A stretch of 64,000 nt of DNA from Propionibacteriales bacterium (GTDB lineage: Bacteria > Actinomycetota > Actinomycetes > Propionibacteriales > Nocardioidaceae): assembly GCA_038199935.1 (NCBI GenBank), contig JBBPYL010000121.1, forward strand, positions 22-64,021, written 5' to 3'. Positions 49,498-58,991 of this stretch are shown in pieces. Under the pieces are notes generated by a model. It was not told where the DNA came from, did not search any database, and saw only the letters and a list, made by a program, of their open reading frames with translations. How positions within the stretch are numbered: the first letter of the stretch is position 1; the number at the start of each line of letters is the position of its first letter. A program made the translations under genes and the position numbers.

Positions 49498-50501
49498 ACG
49501 CCGCCGACGCAGGTCCGGTCCTGCTCGAGGTGCGCGACCTCTCCCTGGCCTACCTGACCTCGGAGGGCAGGCTGCCCGCCGTCCGCGGGATCGACCTCAC
49601 CGTCGCCGCGGGAGAGATCGTCGGCCTGGCCGGTGAGTCCGGGTGTGGGAAGTCCACGCTGGCCAGCACCGTCCTGCGCCTCCAGCCCAAGGACGCCGAG
49701 GTCAGTGGCGAGATGCTGCTGTCCGGGGCGGACGTACTCACCATGCGCTGGGGCGACCTGCGGGCGGTGCGCTGGGCCGAGGCGTCGATCGTCTTCCAGG
49801 GCGCGCTGCACTCGCTCAACCCGGTGCATCGCGTCGGCCGCCAGATCGCCGAGCCGATCCGGGTGCACGAGGAGAGTGTGGCCGACGACGAGATCGAGAC
49901 CCGGGTGGGTGACCTGCTGGAGTCGGTGGGGCTGCCCCGGGCACGCGCCCGGGCCTACCCCCACCCGCTCTCCGGGGGCCAGAAGCAGCGGGTGATGATC
50001 GCGATGGCCCTGGCCTGCCGCCCTCGGCTCATCGTCGCCGACGAGCCGACCACCGCGCTGGACGTGATGGTGCAGGCCCAGGTGCTGCACGTGCTCTCCG
50101 GCCTGGTCCACGACCTCGGGGTGGGCATGCTCGTGATCAGCCACGACCTGTCGGTGCTGGCCGACGTGTGCGACCGGGTCGCGGTGATGTACGCCGGCCG
50201 GATCGTCGAGGTGGGTCCGGCCGACCAGGTCTTCAGCGACGCACTGCACCCCTACACCGCCGCCCTGTCCGGCGCCTTCCCCCGGATCGGCGACCCTGCC
50301 GCCCGGTACGCGCCCTCCGGGCTGGCCGGTGACCCCCCGGACCCGCGGACGCTGTCGGGCGGCTGCTCCTTCGCGCCCCGCTGCCCCCGGGGCGTCGAGG
50401 AGTGCGCCGCAGCGGAGCCGACGTTGGTGCCACTGAGCCCGACCCGCTCGGTGGCCTGCATCCGGGTCGCAGGTCGGGCCACCGACGAGCCGGACCGATG
50501 A
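49494..50501 (+). CDS. Oligopeptide ABC ATPase (OppD-like)
   Basis: GESGCGKST, LSGGQKQR, ADEPTTALD, HPYT, GC-F-PRC. Confidence 0.93.
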   Translation: MNAADAGPVLLEVRDLSLAYLTSEGRLPAVRGIDLTVAAGEIVGLAGESGCGKSTLASTVLRLQPKDAEVSGEMLLSGADVLTMRWGDLRAVRWAEASIVFQGALHSLNPVHRVGRQIAEPIRVHEESVADDEIETRVGDLLESVGLPRARARAYPHPLSGGQKQRVMIAMALACRPRLIVADEPTTALDVMVQAQVLHVLSGLVHDLGVGMLVISHDLSVLADVCDRVAVMYAGRIVEVGPADQVFSDALHPYTAALSGAFPRIGDPAARYAPSGLAGDPPDPRTLSGGCSFAPRCPRGVEECAAAEPTLVPLSPTRSVACIRVAGRATDEPDR

Positions 50502-51559
50502 GCGCGGCGGACAGTGGGTCACCAGGGTCACCAGGGTCGCCGGCGGGTGGCCCGCCGTACCTGGAGGCGCGGGACGTGTCGGTGCGGTTCACCACCCGGG
50601 CCGGCTCCGCGGCGCGGGCCCTGGACGGGGTGAACCTCCAGGTCCGGCCGGGCGAGATCCTTGCCCTGGTCGGCGAGTCCGGCTCGGGCAAGACCACCCT
50701 GGCCCGCACGCTGATGGGCCTCCAGCGGCCCAGTGACGGCGACGTCCTCGTCGGGGGCGAGCCGCTGGGCTACTCCACCTCCGCGCTGCGCGGCTTCCGT
50801 CGGCACGTGCAGATGGTCCTCCAGGACGCCTCCGGCGCGCTCAGCCCACGGCAGACCGTCTACGAGTCGGTGGCCGAGGGGATCAGGCTGCACCACCTGG
50901 TCAAGGAGACTCGGACACCAGAGGCCGAGCTGGTCGCGCAGGCCCTCTCCGATGCCGGGCTCCGTCCTCCGCAGGGGCTGTTCCTGCGCTACCCCCACGA
51001 GCTGTCCGGTGGTCAACGGCAACGTGTGCTCATCGCCGGGGCCTTGGCGTTGCGCCCGCGGATCCTGCTGGCCGACGAGCCGGTCTCCAGCCTCGACGCC
51101 TCGATCCGGGGGGAGATCCTGGCCCTGATCCTGCGGCTGCGGGACACCCTCGGGCTGGGCGTGGTCGTGGTCACCCACGACCTCGGACTGGCCTGGAACA
51201 TCGCCGACCGGATTGCCGTGATGTACCTCGGACGGATCGTCGAGACAGGCACCACCGAGGAGGTGCTCGAGCAGGCCCGGCACCCGTACACCCAGGCCCT
51301 GCTCTCCGTCGTGCCCGAGATCGAACGGCTCACCCCGGTCGTCCTGCGCGGCGAGATCCCCGACCCCACCGCGATTCCCTCCGGTTGCCGCTTCCACCCG
51401 CGCTGCCCCGCGGTGGCCGACGGTCGGGCCGCAGCCGCCGGGGTAGATCAGGACTGCCGTCGTACCTCGCTGCGCGTGCTCGGCCCGGCTCACGAGCACC
51501 GGGTCGCCTGTCATCTCGACGCCGCCACCGACGACGGTGCCGACCGACCCCCTTGCTGA
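50498..51559 (+). CDS. Oligopeptide ABC ATPase (OppF-like)
   Basis: GESGSGKTT, YPHELSGGQRQR, ADEPVSSLD, HPYT, GCRFHPRC. Confidence 0.93.
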   Translation: MSAADSGSPGSPGSPAGGPPYLEARDVSVRFTTRAGSAARALDGVNLQVRPGEILALVGESGSGKTTLARTLMGLQRPSDGDVLVGGEPLGYSTSALRGFRRHVQMVLQDASGALSPRQTVYESVAEGIRLHHLVKETRTPEAELVAQALSDAGLRPPQGLFLRYPHELSGGQRQRVLIAGALALRPRILLADEPVSSLDASIRGEILALILRLRDTLGLGVVVVTHDLGLAWNIADRIAVMYLGRIVETGTTEEVLEQARHPYTQALLSVVPEIERLTPVVLRGEIPDPTAIPSGCRFHPRCPAVADGRAAAAGVDQDCRRTSLRVLGPAHEHRVACHLDAATDDGADRPPC

Positions 51560-51573
51560 CTCGTGAGTCAGTA
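51555..51573 (+). promoter_or_regulatory. Candidate operator 3 (GCTGACTCGTGAGTCAGTA)
   Basis: Just upstream of the -10-like CAGACT and the ATG at 51589; identical to operator 1. Confidence 0.85.
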
Positions 51574-51588
51574 GGCCAGACTCGCGAG

Positions 51589-52713
51589 ATGACCGTGGAC
51601 CGGCAGCCGGCGGCCGAGGGGCTCACCGAGGCGCTCCCCAAGGAGATGTACGTCGACGTTCATCACTGGGCCCGCGAGCGTGAGCAGGTGCTCTTCGGGG
51701 AGTGGTTCTGCGTCGGACGCAGAGCCGACCTCGGACTCTCCGGGCCGCGACGCCTCGCCGTGGTCGACGTGGTCGGCGAGTCGGTGCTGCTGACCAGTGA
51801 CGAGAACGGGGCCCTGTACGCGGCGTACAACGTGTGCCGTCACCGCGGCTCCCAGCTGGTGCCGACCGACGGGCTGCCGGTCGAGGCGCAGGACGCCTCG
51901 GCCCTGCGCTGCCCCTACCACTCATGGACTTACCGGCTCGACGGGCGACTGTTGCGCGCCCCGCACGCCGAGCTCGACGAGCCCGCCGACTTCGCGCTCA
52001 CCCCGCTCGGGATCGACCAGTGGGCCGGCTGGGTGTTCGTGCACCTGACCCCGGACCGCGCTCAGCCACTGGCCGAGGCCGTGGCCAGCCCGGAGCGGCA
52101 CTTCGCGCACTACGGGCTCGCGGACCTGGTCACCGGGCTGACGCTGACCTACCCGGTCGCGGCCAACTACAAGGTCATCCTGGAGAACTACAACGAGTGC
52201 TACCACTGCGGTCCGGTCCACCCCGAGCTCTGCCGCCTGGTGCCGGACTTCGCCGGCGGCGGGGGAGGGCTGGACTGGGCCGAGGGGGTCCCGCACCGAG
52301 AGGGTGCGTGGACCTTCACCCTCTCGGGCACCACCAACCGGCCGTCACTGCCCCATCTCTCCGAGGCGGAACGGCAACGCCACAAGGGCGATCTCGCCTA
52401 CCCGAACCTGATGATCTCGGCCTCGGCCGACCATGTGGCCTCCTTCGTGCTCGCCCCGCGCGGCGTGGACCGGACCACGGTGACCTGCACCCTGCTCTTC
52501 GCCGCGGACGAGGTGGCCCGGCGCGACTTCGACCCCACGGACGCCGGTGACCTGTGGGACCTGGTGAACCGGCAGGACTGGGCGGTCTGCGAGTCGGTGC
52601 AGCGCGGGATGTCCAGCCGCGGCTACGCCCAGGGGTGGTTCGCCCCGATGGAGGACGACAGCCTGGACATCCGGCGCTGGCTGCTGCCCCGGCTGGGGCG
52701 CCAGGATGGCTGA
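51589..52713 (+). CDS. Second Rieske non-heme iron oxygenase alpha subunit
   Basis: CRHRG...CPYH; NYK--ENYNECYHC--VH; DW-VCESVQRG. Confidence 0.92.
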   Translation: MTVDRQPAAEGLTEALPKEMYVDVHHWAREREQVLFGEWFCVGRRADLGLSGPRRLAVVDVVGESVLLTSDENGALYAAYNVCRHRGSQLVPTDGLPVEAQDASALRCPYHSWTYRLDGRLLRAPHAELDEPADFALTPLGIDQWAGWVFVHLTPDRAQPLAEAVASPERHFAHYGLADLVTGLTLTYPVAANYKVILENYNECYHCGPVHPELCRLVPDFAGGGGGLDWAEGVPHREGAWTFTLSGTTNRPSLPHLSEAERQRHKGDLAYPNLMISASADHVASFVLAPRGVDRTTVTCTLLFAADEVARRDFDPTDAGDLWDLVNRQDWAVCESVQRGMSSRGYAQGWFAPMEDDSLDIRRWLLPRLGRQDG

Positions 52714-53866
52714 GCGGGTGGACTACATCGTCGCCGGGCTGGGCGCCCTGGGCAGCGCCACCGCGCGCGAGCTGGCCCGGCGCGGGCATCGCGTGCTCGG
52801 CCTGGACCGCTTCGAGCTCGGTCACAGCCGGGGGGCCAGCCACGACCGCAGCCGCATCCTGCGGCACAGCTATCACACCCCGGCGTACGTCCGGCTGACC
52901 CGTGAGGCCTACCTCGACTGGGCCCGGCTCGAGGACGCCAGCGGGGAGAGCCTGGTCAGCACGGTCGGCGGGCTCGACCTCTTCCCTCCGGAGCCGGCGA
53001 TCAGCCCGGTCGAGTACGTCGACTCTCTCGACGCCGAGTGCATCGACTACGAGCGGCTCGACGAGGCTCAGGTCCGCGAGCGCTGGCCTGCGTTCCGGTT
53101 GCCCGAGGGAACCCTGGTGCTGCACCAGGCCGACGCGGCGATCGTGCCGGCCGGTCGGGGCACGGCGGTGATGCAGCGTGACGCCGTCCGGCACGGGGCC
53201 GAGCTGCGCGGTGGCTGCCCGGTGACCTCGGCCCGGGCCCGGGGGCAGGGCGTGGAGGTCTCCACCCCCCAGGGCGTCGTACACGCCGGTGGGCTCGTGG
53301 TGTGCGCCGATGCCTGGGCCAACGACGTGCTGGCCTCCTTCGAGGTCCACGTGCCCCTGGAGGTGACGCTGGAGCAGGTCAGCTACTTCACGCCGGACGA
53401 GCCCGAGCGCTTCGCCCCCGGGCGACTGCCGCTGTGGATCTGGATGGACGACCCGTCCTTCTACGGCTTTCCCCGCTACGGCGAACCGACGGTCAAGGCG
53501 GCCCAGGACTGCGGGGGCCCTCGGGTCGACCCGGACGACCGGACCTCCGAGCCGGACGAGGCGATGGGCACGTTGCTCGCCGACCATCTGGGCCGGATGC
53601 TGCCCGGTCTAGGACGGCCGGTGCGCTCGCTTCGCTGCCAGTACACGCTCACCCCGGACCGGGACTTCGTGATGGACACGGTGCCCGGTGCGCCCCAGGT
53701 CGTCGTGGGGCTCGGGGCGGCGCACGGCTTCAAGTTCGCTCCCACCTTCGGCCGGATCCTGGCCGATCTGGCCACCGAAGGCGCGACCTCCAGCGACGTC
53801 TCCGCCTTCGGCCTGGACCGCGTCGCGCTCACCGACCCCGGCTACCGCGCGCACTGGCTGGTCTGA
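52706..53866 (+). CDS. solA: N-methyl amino acid oxidase (monomeric sarcosine oxidase / SolA family)
   Basis: GLGALG, H-RGASH--SRI-R--Y, CQYT-TPD (flavinylation Cys position), HGFKFAP--G. Confidence 0.82.
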   Translation: MAERVDYIVAGLGALGSATARELARRGHRVLGLDRFELGHSRGASHDRSRILRHSYHTPAYVRLTREAYLDWARLEDASGESLVSTVGGLDLFPPEPAISPVEYVDSLDAECIDYERLDEAQVRERWPAFRLPEGTLVLHQADAAIVPAGRGTAVMQRDAVRHGAELRGGCPVTSARARGQGVEVSTPQGVVHAGGLVVCADAWANDVLASFEVHVPLEVTLEQVSYFTPDEPERFAPGRLPLWIWMDDPSFYGFPRYGEPTVKAAQDCGGPRVDPDDRTSEPDEAMGTLLADHLGRMLPGLGRPVRSLRCQYTLTPDRDFVMDTVPGAPQVVVGLGAAHGFKFAPTFGRILADLATEGATSSDVSAFGLDRVALTDPGYRAHWLV

Positions 53867-53867
53867 C

Positions 53868-54482
53868 TCAGGCCAGCAGCTCCGCCTCGAGGCCCGTCTC
53901 CCCGGCGACCGCCTCGGCCATCCAGCGCCGCAGCTGGGCCCGGCTGACCGTGCGGTAGACGAGGGCGGCGACCGAGAGCCCGTCCAGCAGCGCCGAGATG
54001 CGGGCCACCGAGCCGGCCGGGTCCGGGCAGGTGAACGAGCCGTCGGCAACCCCGAGGTCGATGATCTCGCGCAGCGCGGTCGACCACCGGTCGTCCATCC
54101 GACACAGGACGGCGCGCAGGCCGGGGTCCCGCTGGGCCAGGGCCCAGGCGTCGATCCAGATCCGCCAGCCGACCGCGGGCCCGGTGGGGCCGTAGCGCCG
54201 GACCACCTCGCGCAGCCGCAGGACGGGGTCCGCGTGCCGGCGGGCCGCCCGGTCCAGACGGGCCAGGTCCTTGTCCACGGCCAGGGTGAACGCCTCGGCG
54301 AGCAGCTCGTCCTTGGTGCCGAAGTGGTAGAAGACGAGCGCGGTGCTGACGCCGAGCGCGGTCGCGACGTCGCCGACGCGGGTCGAGGCGAGACCGAGGC
54401 GGTCCACCTGCTCCAGCGTCGCCTCGAGGATCTCCTCCCGGCGCACCTCGACGCTGCGGCGGGTCTGGCCCTGCGAGGTCAT
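53868..54482 (-). CDS. TetR family regulator (BetI-like C-terminus)
   Basis: RREEIL...VA-ALGVS-ALVFYHFGTKDELL; W--W-DAW; ALLDGL; TAGGGT 6 nt before the ATG. Confidence 0.93.
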   Translation of the reverse strand: MTSQGQTRRSVEVRREEILEATLEQVDRLGLASTRVGDVATALGVSTALVFYHFGTKDELLAEAFTLAVDKDLARLDRAARRHADPVLRLREVVRRYGPTGPAVGWRIWIDAWALAQRDPGLRAVLCRMDDRWSTALREIIDLGVADGSFTCPDPAGSVARISALLDGLSVAALVYRTVSRAQLRRWMAEAVAGETGLEAELLA

Positions 54483-54491
54483 GACCGCACC

Positions 54492-56414
54492 CTACGGACC
54501 CGGATGCCGGGGCAGCCGGCGCCGCCAGGTCCGGGCGTGGACGACCTCGCCGTCGTCCTCACAGCGGGTGTCGACCGCCACCTCGTACCCCTGCGCGGTG
54601 ACCTCGACCCGGAGGGTGGCTGTGGCGCGCGCCCGCACTCCGGGCCAGGACAGGTCGAAGGTGGCCTCGGCCTCGGCGACCTGGGCGAAGGTCCGCCGGT
54701 CCACGCTGACCGTGCCGGCGTAGTGCTCGGTGGCGCTCCCGCCGTGCGGGACGTCGTACGTCGAGCCGTGGTCGACCCGACAGGTGGTGCGGCGACGGAG
54801 CACGTCGTGGGTCGTCTCCCAGACCAGGCCGTCGGGATCCTCCCCGGAGTGCTCCGCCCCGGCCAGGAAGTCGGGCTGGGCCGCGTCGCCGTCCCAGCGG
54901 GGCAGCTCCAGGGTCCCGCCGAGCACGGTCAGGGTGAGCGGGGCCGGGGGGGAGGCGACGTTGGGCCAGTCCGCCCCGGCCAGTGAGAGCCGCAGCGTGT
55001 GTCCGGGGTCGAGGCGGTAGGCGCAGGCGTCGAGGTCCACCAGCACGTCGAGCTCCTGGCCCACCGGCACGGCGACGGGCGGGGCGTGCACGCCGTCGCG
55101 GGCGAAGGCCAGGTCCAGGGTTCCGCGGGCGATCAGGGCCGACGTCCCGTCCGGGAAGACGTCGCACAGCTTCAGCGAAACCAGCGCGTCGGGGGCGGAG
55201 CTGGACAGCCGGAGCCGGGCCTGGGGGTAGCCGAGGAGGACCCGGTCGTCGCCGGGCCACTCCCAGGTCAGCGAGCGGGCGTCGTCGAGACGCTGGTCGT
55301 CGCTCTGGCCCCAGGGCAGGTGGCCGGCGCAGTCGATCCAGGCCGCGACCCCTACGTCGGGCTCGACCACCAGATCACCGCGGGCGCCCAGACGCCGGAC
55401 CTCGGTGCTGCTGTGCGGCGAGGGCCAGGAGTCGGCGATCCAGAAGCCCTCGTGGTCCTCCAGCGCCGGGTCCGGCCGGGTCGAGGTCCTCACGAAGATC
55501 TCAACCGGGGGCCGGGACGGGGTGCCGTCGCCGCGCAACCAGGTGTCGAAGAAGCCGGCCATCTCCCGGGTCAGGTCCAGGCGCGGTCCGGGCATCGCGG
55601 TGGCGGGGTCGGCGTGCGCCCACGGCCCGGCGAGCAGCCGGTGCGGCACGCCGGCCCGGGCCAGCGCCTGGACCGTCCGCAACGAGGCGTTCCGGTAGCC
55701 GTCGGCCCAGCCCGCGACGATCATCGTCGGGCAGGCGATCCGGTCGTAACCCTCCCCGACCGCAGTCCGCACCGACCCGTGTCGCCAGTAGCCGCCGTCC
55801 TGGGACTGGTCCAACCAGGTCAGCAGCCACGGCTCGGCCGCCTCGCACCGGCGGAGCCACTCGGCGCGCCAGCCCTCACCCCACACCGCCGGGACCGGCG
55901 GCAGCAGGTTCATCGGGGTCATGTAGTGGCAGTAGTCGATGAGGTCCACGAGGCGCAACGCCCCGCCGCGCCAGTGCACGTCGTCGGTGAAACGGTCGTC
56001 GGTGGCGTAGATCGCACAGATTGCTCCCAGGGCCGCGGGTCGCTCGCACGCCATCTGGAGAGAGTTGAAGCCCGAGTACGACGTGCCGAACATGCCGACC
56101 CGGCCGTTGCACCAGTCCTGGTCGGCCAGCCAGGCGATGACCTCGTGGAGGTCGCGCTGCTCGGCGGCGGCGTACTCGTCGAGCGCGTCGCCCGCGCTGG
56201 AGCCGGTGCCGCGCAGGTCCAGGCGGCAGACCGCGAAGCCGAAGTCGTCGCGAAGCCGGAGGTAGTCCTCGGCGTAGGAGGAGGTCAGGTCGTCCTTGCG
56301 GTAGGGCAGGGCCTCGAGCAGGCAGGGCGCCGGGTCCGACCCGTCGGGCAGGTAGAGGTGGGCCGCGAGAGTGACCCCGTCGGCCATCGTCAGCCGCATC
56401 TCCTGCTCGCTCAC
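54492..56414 (-). CDS. CocE/NonD family hydrolase
   Basis: PY-KD, D-RGTG-S-G, GTSYSG (GxSYxG), GWAD-Y, GPW-H, PepX-like C-terminus. Confidence 0.9.
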   Translation of the reverse strand: MSEQEMRLTMADGVTLAAHLYLPDGSDPAPCLLEALPYRKDDLTSSYAEDYLRLRDDFGFAVCRLDLRGTGSSAGDALDEYAAAEQRDLHEVIAWLADQDWCNGRVGMFGTSYSGFNSLQMACERPAALGAICAIYATDDRFTDDVHWRGGALRLVDLIDYCHYMTPMNLLPPVPAVWGEGWRAEWLRRCEAAEPWLLTWLDQSQDGGYWRHGSVRTAVGEGYDRIACPTMIVAGWADGYRNASLRTVQALARAGVPHRLLAGPWAHADPATAMPGPRLDLTREMAGFFDTWLRGDGTPSRPPVEIFVRTSTRPDPALEDHEGFWIADSWPSPHSSTEVRRLGARGDLVVEPDVGVAAWIDCAGHLPWGQSDDQRLDDARSLTWEWPGDDRVLLGYPQARLRLSSSAPDALVSLKLCDVFPDGTSALIARGTLDLAFARDGVHAPPVAVPVGQELDVLVDLDACAYRLDPGHTLRLSLAGADWPNVASPPAPLTLTVLGGTLELPRWDGDAAQPDFLAGAEHSGEDPDGLVWETTHDVLRRRTTCRVDHGSTYDVPHGGSATEHYAGTVSVDRRTFAQVAEAEATFDLSWPGVRARATATLRVEVTAQGYEVAVDTRCEDDGEVVHARTWRRRLPRHPGP

Positions 56415-57502
56415 CGGACCACCTCCCGGGCCTGGTGCAGCGCCCCGGTCAGCAGGGCCGGGGTGAGCCCCTCCTCGGTGTGGCCGTCGCGACCGGTCGT
56501 CGTCGGCGAGGCCAGCATCGAGTCGAGGACGGCCTCCTCGGTGGCGTCGACGACGGCGGCGAAGAGGGGGTCGAGCCCGCGTCCGGTGACCAGCGGCCGT
56601 GGCTCGCCGCTGAGACCCCCGTCGCGGGCGACCCGGGCCGTCGTGGACGCGGCGAGGAAGATCTCCCCGCTGCCGTGGTGGGCGGTCGATCCGGTGCGGG
56701 CCAGACCGAGGCCGACTCGGCGGGCCAGCCGGGAGCAGCCGGCCGCGTCCAGCGGCGCGTCGCAGACCACCACGCCGACGCAGGAGCCAGCCGGTGGCGG
56801 CACCGGCTCGGTCACCGGGGGCAGGTGGAGGCCGAGGACGGCGCCGCCGACGGTCAGCCGGCTGCGCTCGCCGAAGTTGGTCAGCAGCAGCACCGCCACG
56901 GTGTACCCCGCGTCGGTGACTCGCGAGGACGTCCCGATGCCGCCTTTGAAGCCCAGGCAGGACATCCCGGTGCCGGCACCCACGGAGCCCTGGTCGGGCG
57001 CCGCGCCTGCCCCCCGCGAGGCCAGCGCCGCAGCGTGGGCGGCCCGGACGTCGTCCCCGGTGACCTGCATCCGGCGGCAGTCGTTGAGGAAGGAGTCGTC
57101 ACACTCGGCCACCACCGGGATCAGCACGTCCTCGGCCACGGCCAGGTCGGCCTCCAGGGCGATCTCGCAGGCCGCGTCGTACACCCGGCCGAGCTGCATC
57201 GTCGAGGTGAGGTAGATCGGCGACTCGATGAGTCCCCACTCGGCGGCGGCCAGGAAGCCGGTGCACTCGCCGGCCCCGTTCAGCACCGCGCCTCCGGCGA
57301 CCAACGGACGACGGTAGGCGTCCGCGGCGGCCAGCAGCACGCTCACCCCGGTGCGCGCGACGCCGCGACCCTCGGGCGACCCGGGCTCGTCGCGGCTCAC
57401 GGTGGCGTGGCCCAGCCCGACGCCGGCAACATCGAGGACCGAGTTGGTGGGGCCGGTAGGCGTCGTCCCGACACCGAGCCCGATCTCGCGAGCGCGCGGC
57501 AC
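56411..57502 (-). CDS. DmpA/S58 (P1) family aminopeptidase
   Basis: DV-GV-LGH, TGV, NG-GE-TG, PVVAECDD, GAGTGM, KGGIGTSS, GS cleavage site, GSGEIFLA-ST; start GTG 57502 (ORF track 57511). Confidence 0.9.
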   Translation of the reverse strand: MPRAREIGLGVGTTPTGPTNSVLDVAGVGLGHATVSRDEPGSPEGRGVARTGVSVLLAAADAYRRPLVAGGAVLNGAGECTGFLAAAEWGLIESPIYLTSTMQLGRVYDAACEIALEADLAVAEDVLIPVVAECDDSFLNDCRRMQVTGDDVRAAHAAALASRGAGAAPDQGSVGAGTGMSCLGFKGGIGTSSRVTDAGYTVAVLLLTNFGERSRLTVGGAVLGLHLPPVTEPVPPPAGSCVGVVVCDAPLDAAGCSRLARRVGLGLARTGSTAHHGSGEIFLAASTTARVARDGGLSGEPRPLVTGRGLDPLFAAVVDATEEAVLDSMLASPTTTGRDGHTEEGLTPALLTGALHQAREVVR

Positions 57503-57547
57503 GCAGCCCATCGTGCCGTATCCGAAGCCCCGGCGTCAGGGGGCAGC

Positions 57548-57567
57548 TGCTGATCCGTCAGTCAGCA
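57548..57567. promoter_or_regulatory. Candidate operator 4 (TGCTGATCCGTCAGTCAGCA) between divergent DmpA and deacetylase genes
   Basis: CTGAtc-N4-AGTCAG with the symmetry extended by TG...CA. Confidence 0.7.
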
Positions 57568-57591
57568 CCGGATCTGTGGTTCGATCCGGGG

Positions 57592-58683
57592 GTGAGCCCG
57601 GCCGTTGTCCCGTACGTCCACGACGAGCGCACGCGCAGACACGACCCGCGGCACGAGGTCTGGGTCGGCGTGGCCATCGACGGCACCGAGGTCCCGGAGC
57701 GGGTCGACGCCATCGTTTCCGCGCTCCGGTCGGCGGGACACCGCGAGGTGCCGGCCAGGGCCCACCGGCCCGAAGAGCTGCACCGCGTGCACGAACCGGA
57801 GTTGGTCGGCTTCCTGGCCACGGCCGAGACTCGCTGGGCTGCGGGTGGCTACGCCGAGGGGGTCGGCCAGGACCGGGTGGTGCCCTACCTCTTCCCAACC
57901 CCGGCGATGACCGGCGGACTGCCGGCCCGACCGGCGCCGACCGTGCACGCCGACGCGGGACGCTTCGGCTACGACACGATGACGCTGATCGGTCCGGGCA
58001 CCTGGGAGGCGGTGCAGGCGGCGGCCGCGTGTGCCCTGGACGCGGCCGCACTGGTGGCCTCCGGCGAGCCGCTGGTCTACGCGCTGTGCCGGCCCCCAGG
58101 CCACCACGCGACGCGGGCCGGCTACGGCGGCTCCTGCTACCTCAACAATGCGGCCCTGGCCGCGGACGCGCTGCGACGTGCCGGCCACCACCGCGTCGGG
58201 ATCGTCGACGTGGACGCCCACCACGGCAACGGCACCGCGGCGATCTTCTACGACCGCGGCGACGTGCTCTACGGCTCGGCGCACATCGACCCGGCTCTCG
58301 GCTGGTTCCCGCACGTGGTGGGACACGCCGAGGAGATCGGCCACGGGGACGGGTCGGGGGCAACCCGCAACGTTCCGCTGCCCGAGGGAACGGGCGACGA
58401 AGACTGGTTGCCCGCGGTCGAGGAGCTCACCGGCTGGGTCGGCGCGCAGGAGTGCAGCGCCCTCGTCGTCTCGCTGGGCGTGGACGCGGCCGCGGACGAT
58501 CCCGAGAGTCCGCTCCGGGTCTCCGGGGCCGGCTACGCCGAGGCGGGTCGGCTCCTCGGGGCGACCGGACTGCCCTCGGTCGTGGTGCAGGAAGGCGGCT
58601 ACCACCTGCCCAGCCTCGGGGGCCTGGTCGTGGCGTACCTCGAGGGGCACGCCACATCCCTGGAAGCGGTTCGTGGCGTCTGA
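57592..58683 (+). CDS. Histone deacetylase family protein (acetylpolyamine amidohydrolase-like)
   Basis: E-PER, RPPGHHA, G-CYLNNAA, DVDAHHGNGT, SLGVD, QEGGY. Confidence 0.92.
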   Translation: MSPAVVPYVHDERTRRHDPRHEVWVGVAIDGTEVPERVDAIVSALRSAGHREVPARAHRPEELHRVHEPELVGFLATAETRWAAGGYAEGVGQDRVVPYLFPTPAMTGGLPARPAPTVHADAGRFGYDTMTLIGPGTWEAVQAAAACALDAAALVASGEPLVYALCRPPGHHATRAGYGGSCYLNNAALAADALRRAGHHRVGIVDVDAHHGNGTAAIFYDRGDVLYGSAHIDPALGWFPHVVGHAEEIGHGDGSGATRNVPLPEGTGDEDWLPAVEELTGWVGAQECSALVVSLGVDAAADDPESPLRVSGAGYAEAGRLLGATGLPSVVVQEGGYHLPSLGGLVVAYLEGHATSLEAVRGV

Positions 58684-58695
58684 GACGATGAGCAG

Positions 58696-58905
58696 GTGAG
58701 CGGTCATGAGGTCCCGTGTCCCGAGTGCCAGGCCCCAATGAGCGTGGGCCAGGTGGTCGGGCGGTCGCCAGGGGTGACGTTCAAGAAGTCCGCGGGGCTG
58801 GCCGGCGACCTGACCGGGATTCCGCTCACCCAGGGGATCTTCAACCACCGCGCGAACGCCCTGCGCTGCGACGCCTGCGCGACGGTCGTCATCCCCGGCC
58901 GCTAG
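58696..58905 (+). CDS. Small zinc-ribbon protein (DUF6487/PF20097-like)
   Basis: CPEC--M--G ... A-RC--C; 69 aa. Confidence 0.7.
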   Translation: MSGHEVPCPECQAPMSVGQVVGRSPGVTFKKSAGLAGDLTGIPLTQGIFNHRANALRCDACATVVIPGR

Positions 58906-58991
58906 CACAAACTCCGGGTTCCTGGGGGTGGTCGGCCGCGCGGCTCGCCGGCTGCCGATGCCGATCGGCGCATCGATCGCTTGCTGAGGGC

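Noticed and set aside
50515-50538. 9-bp repeat GGGTCACCA at the start of the OppF-like gene
   Set aside because: In-frame, low-complexity N-terminal linker (GSP repeats); no sign of phase variation.
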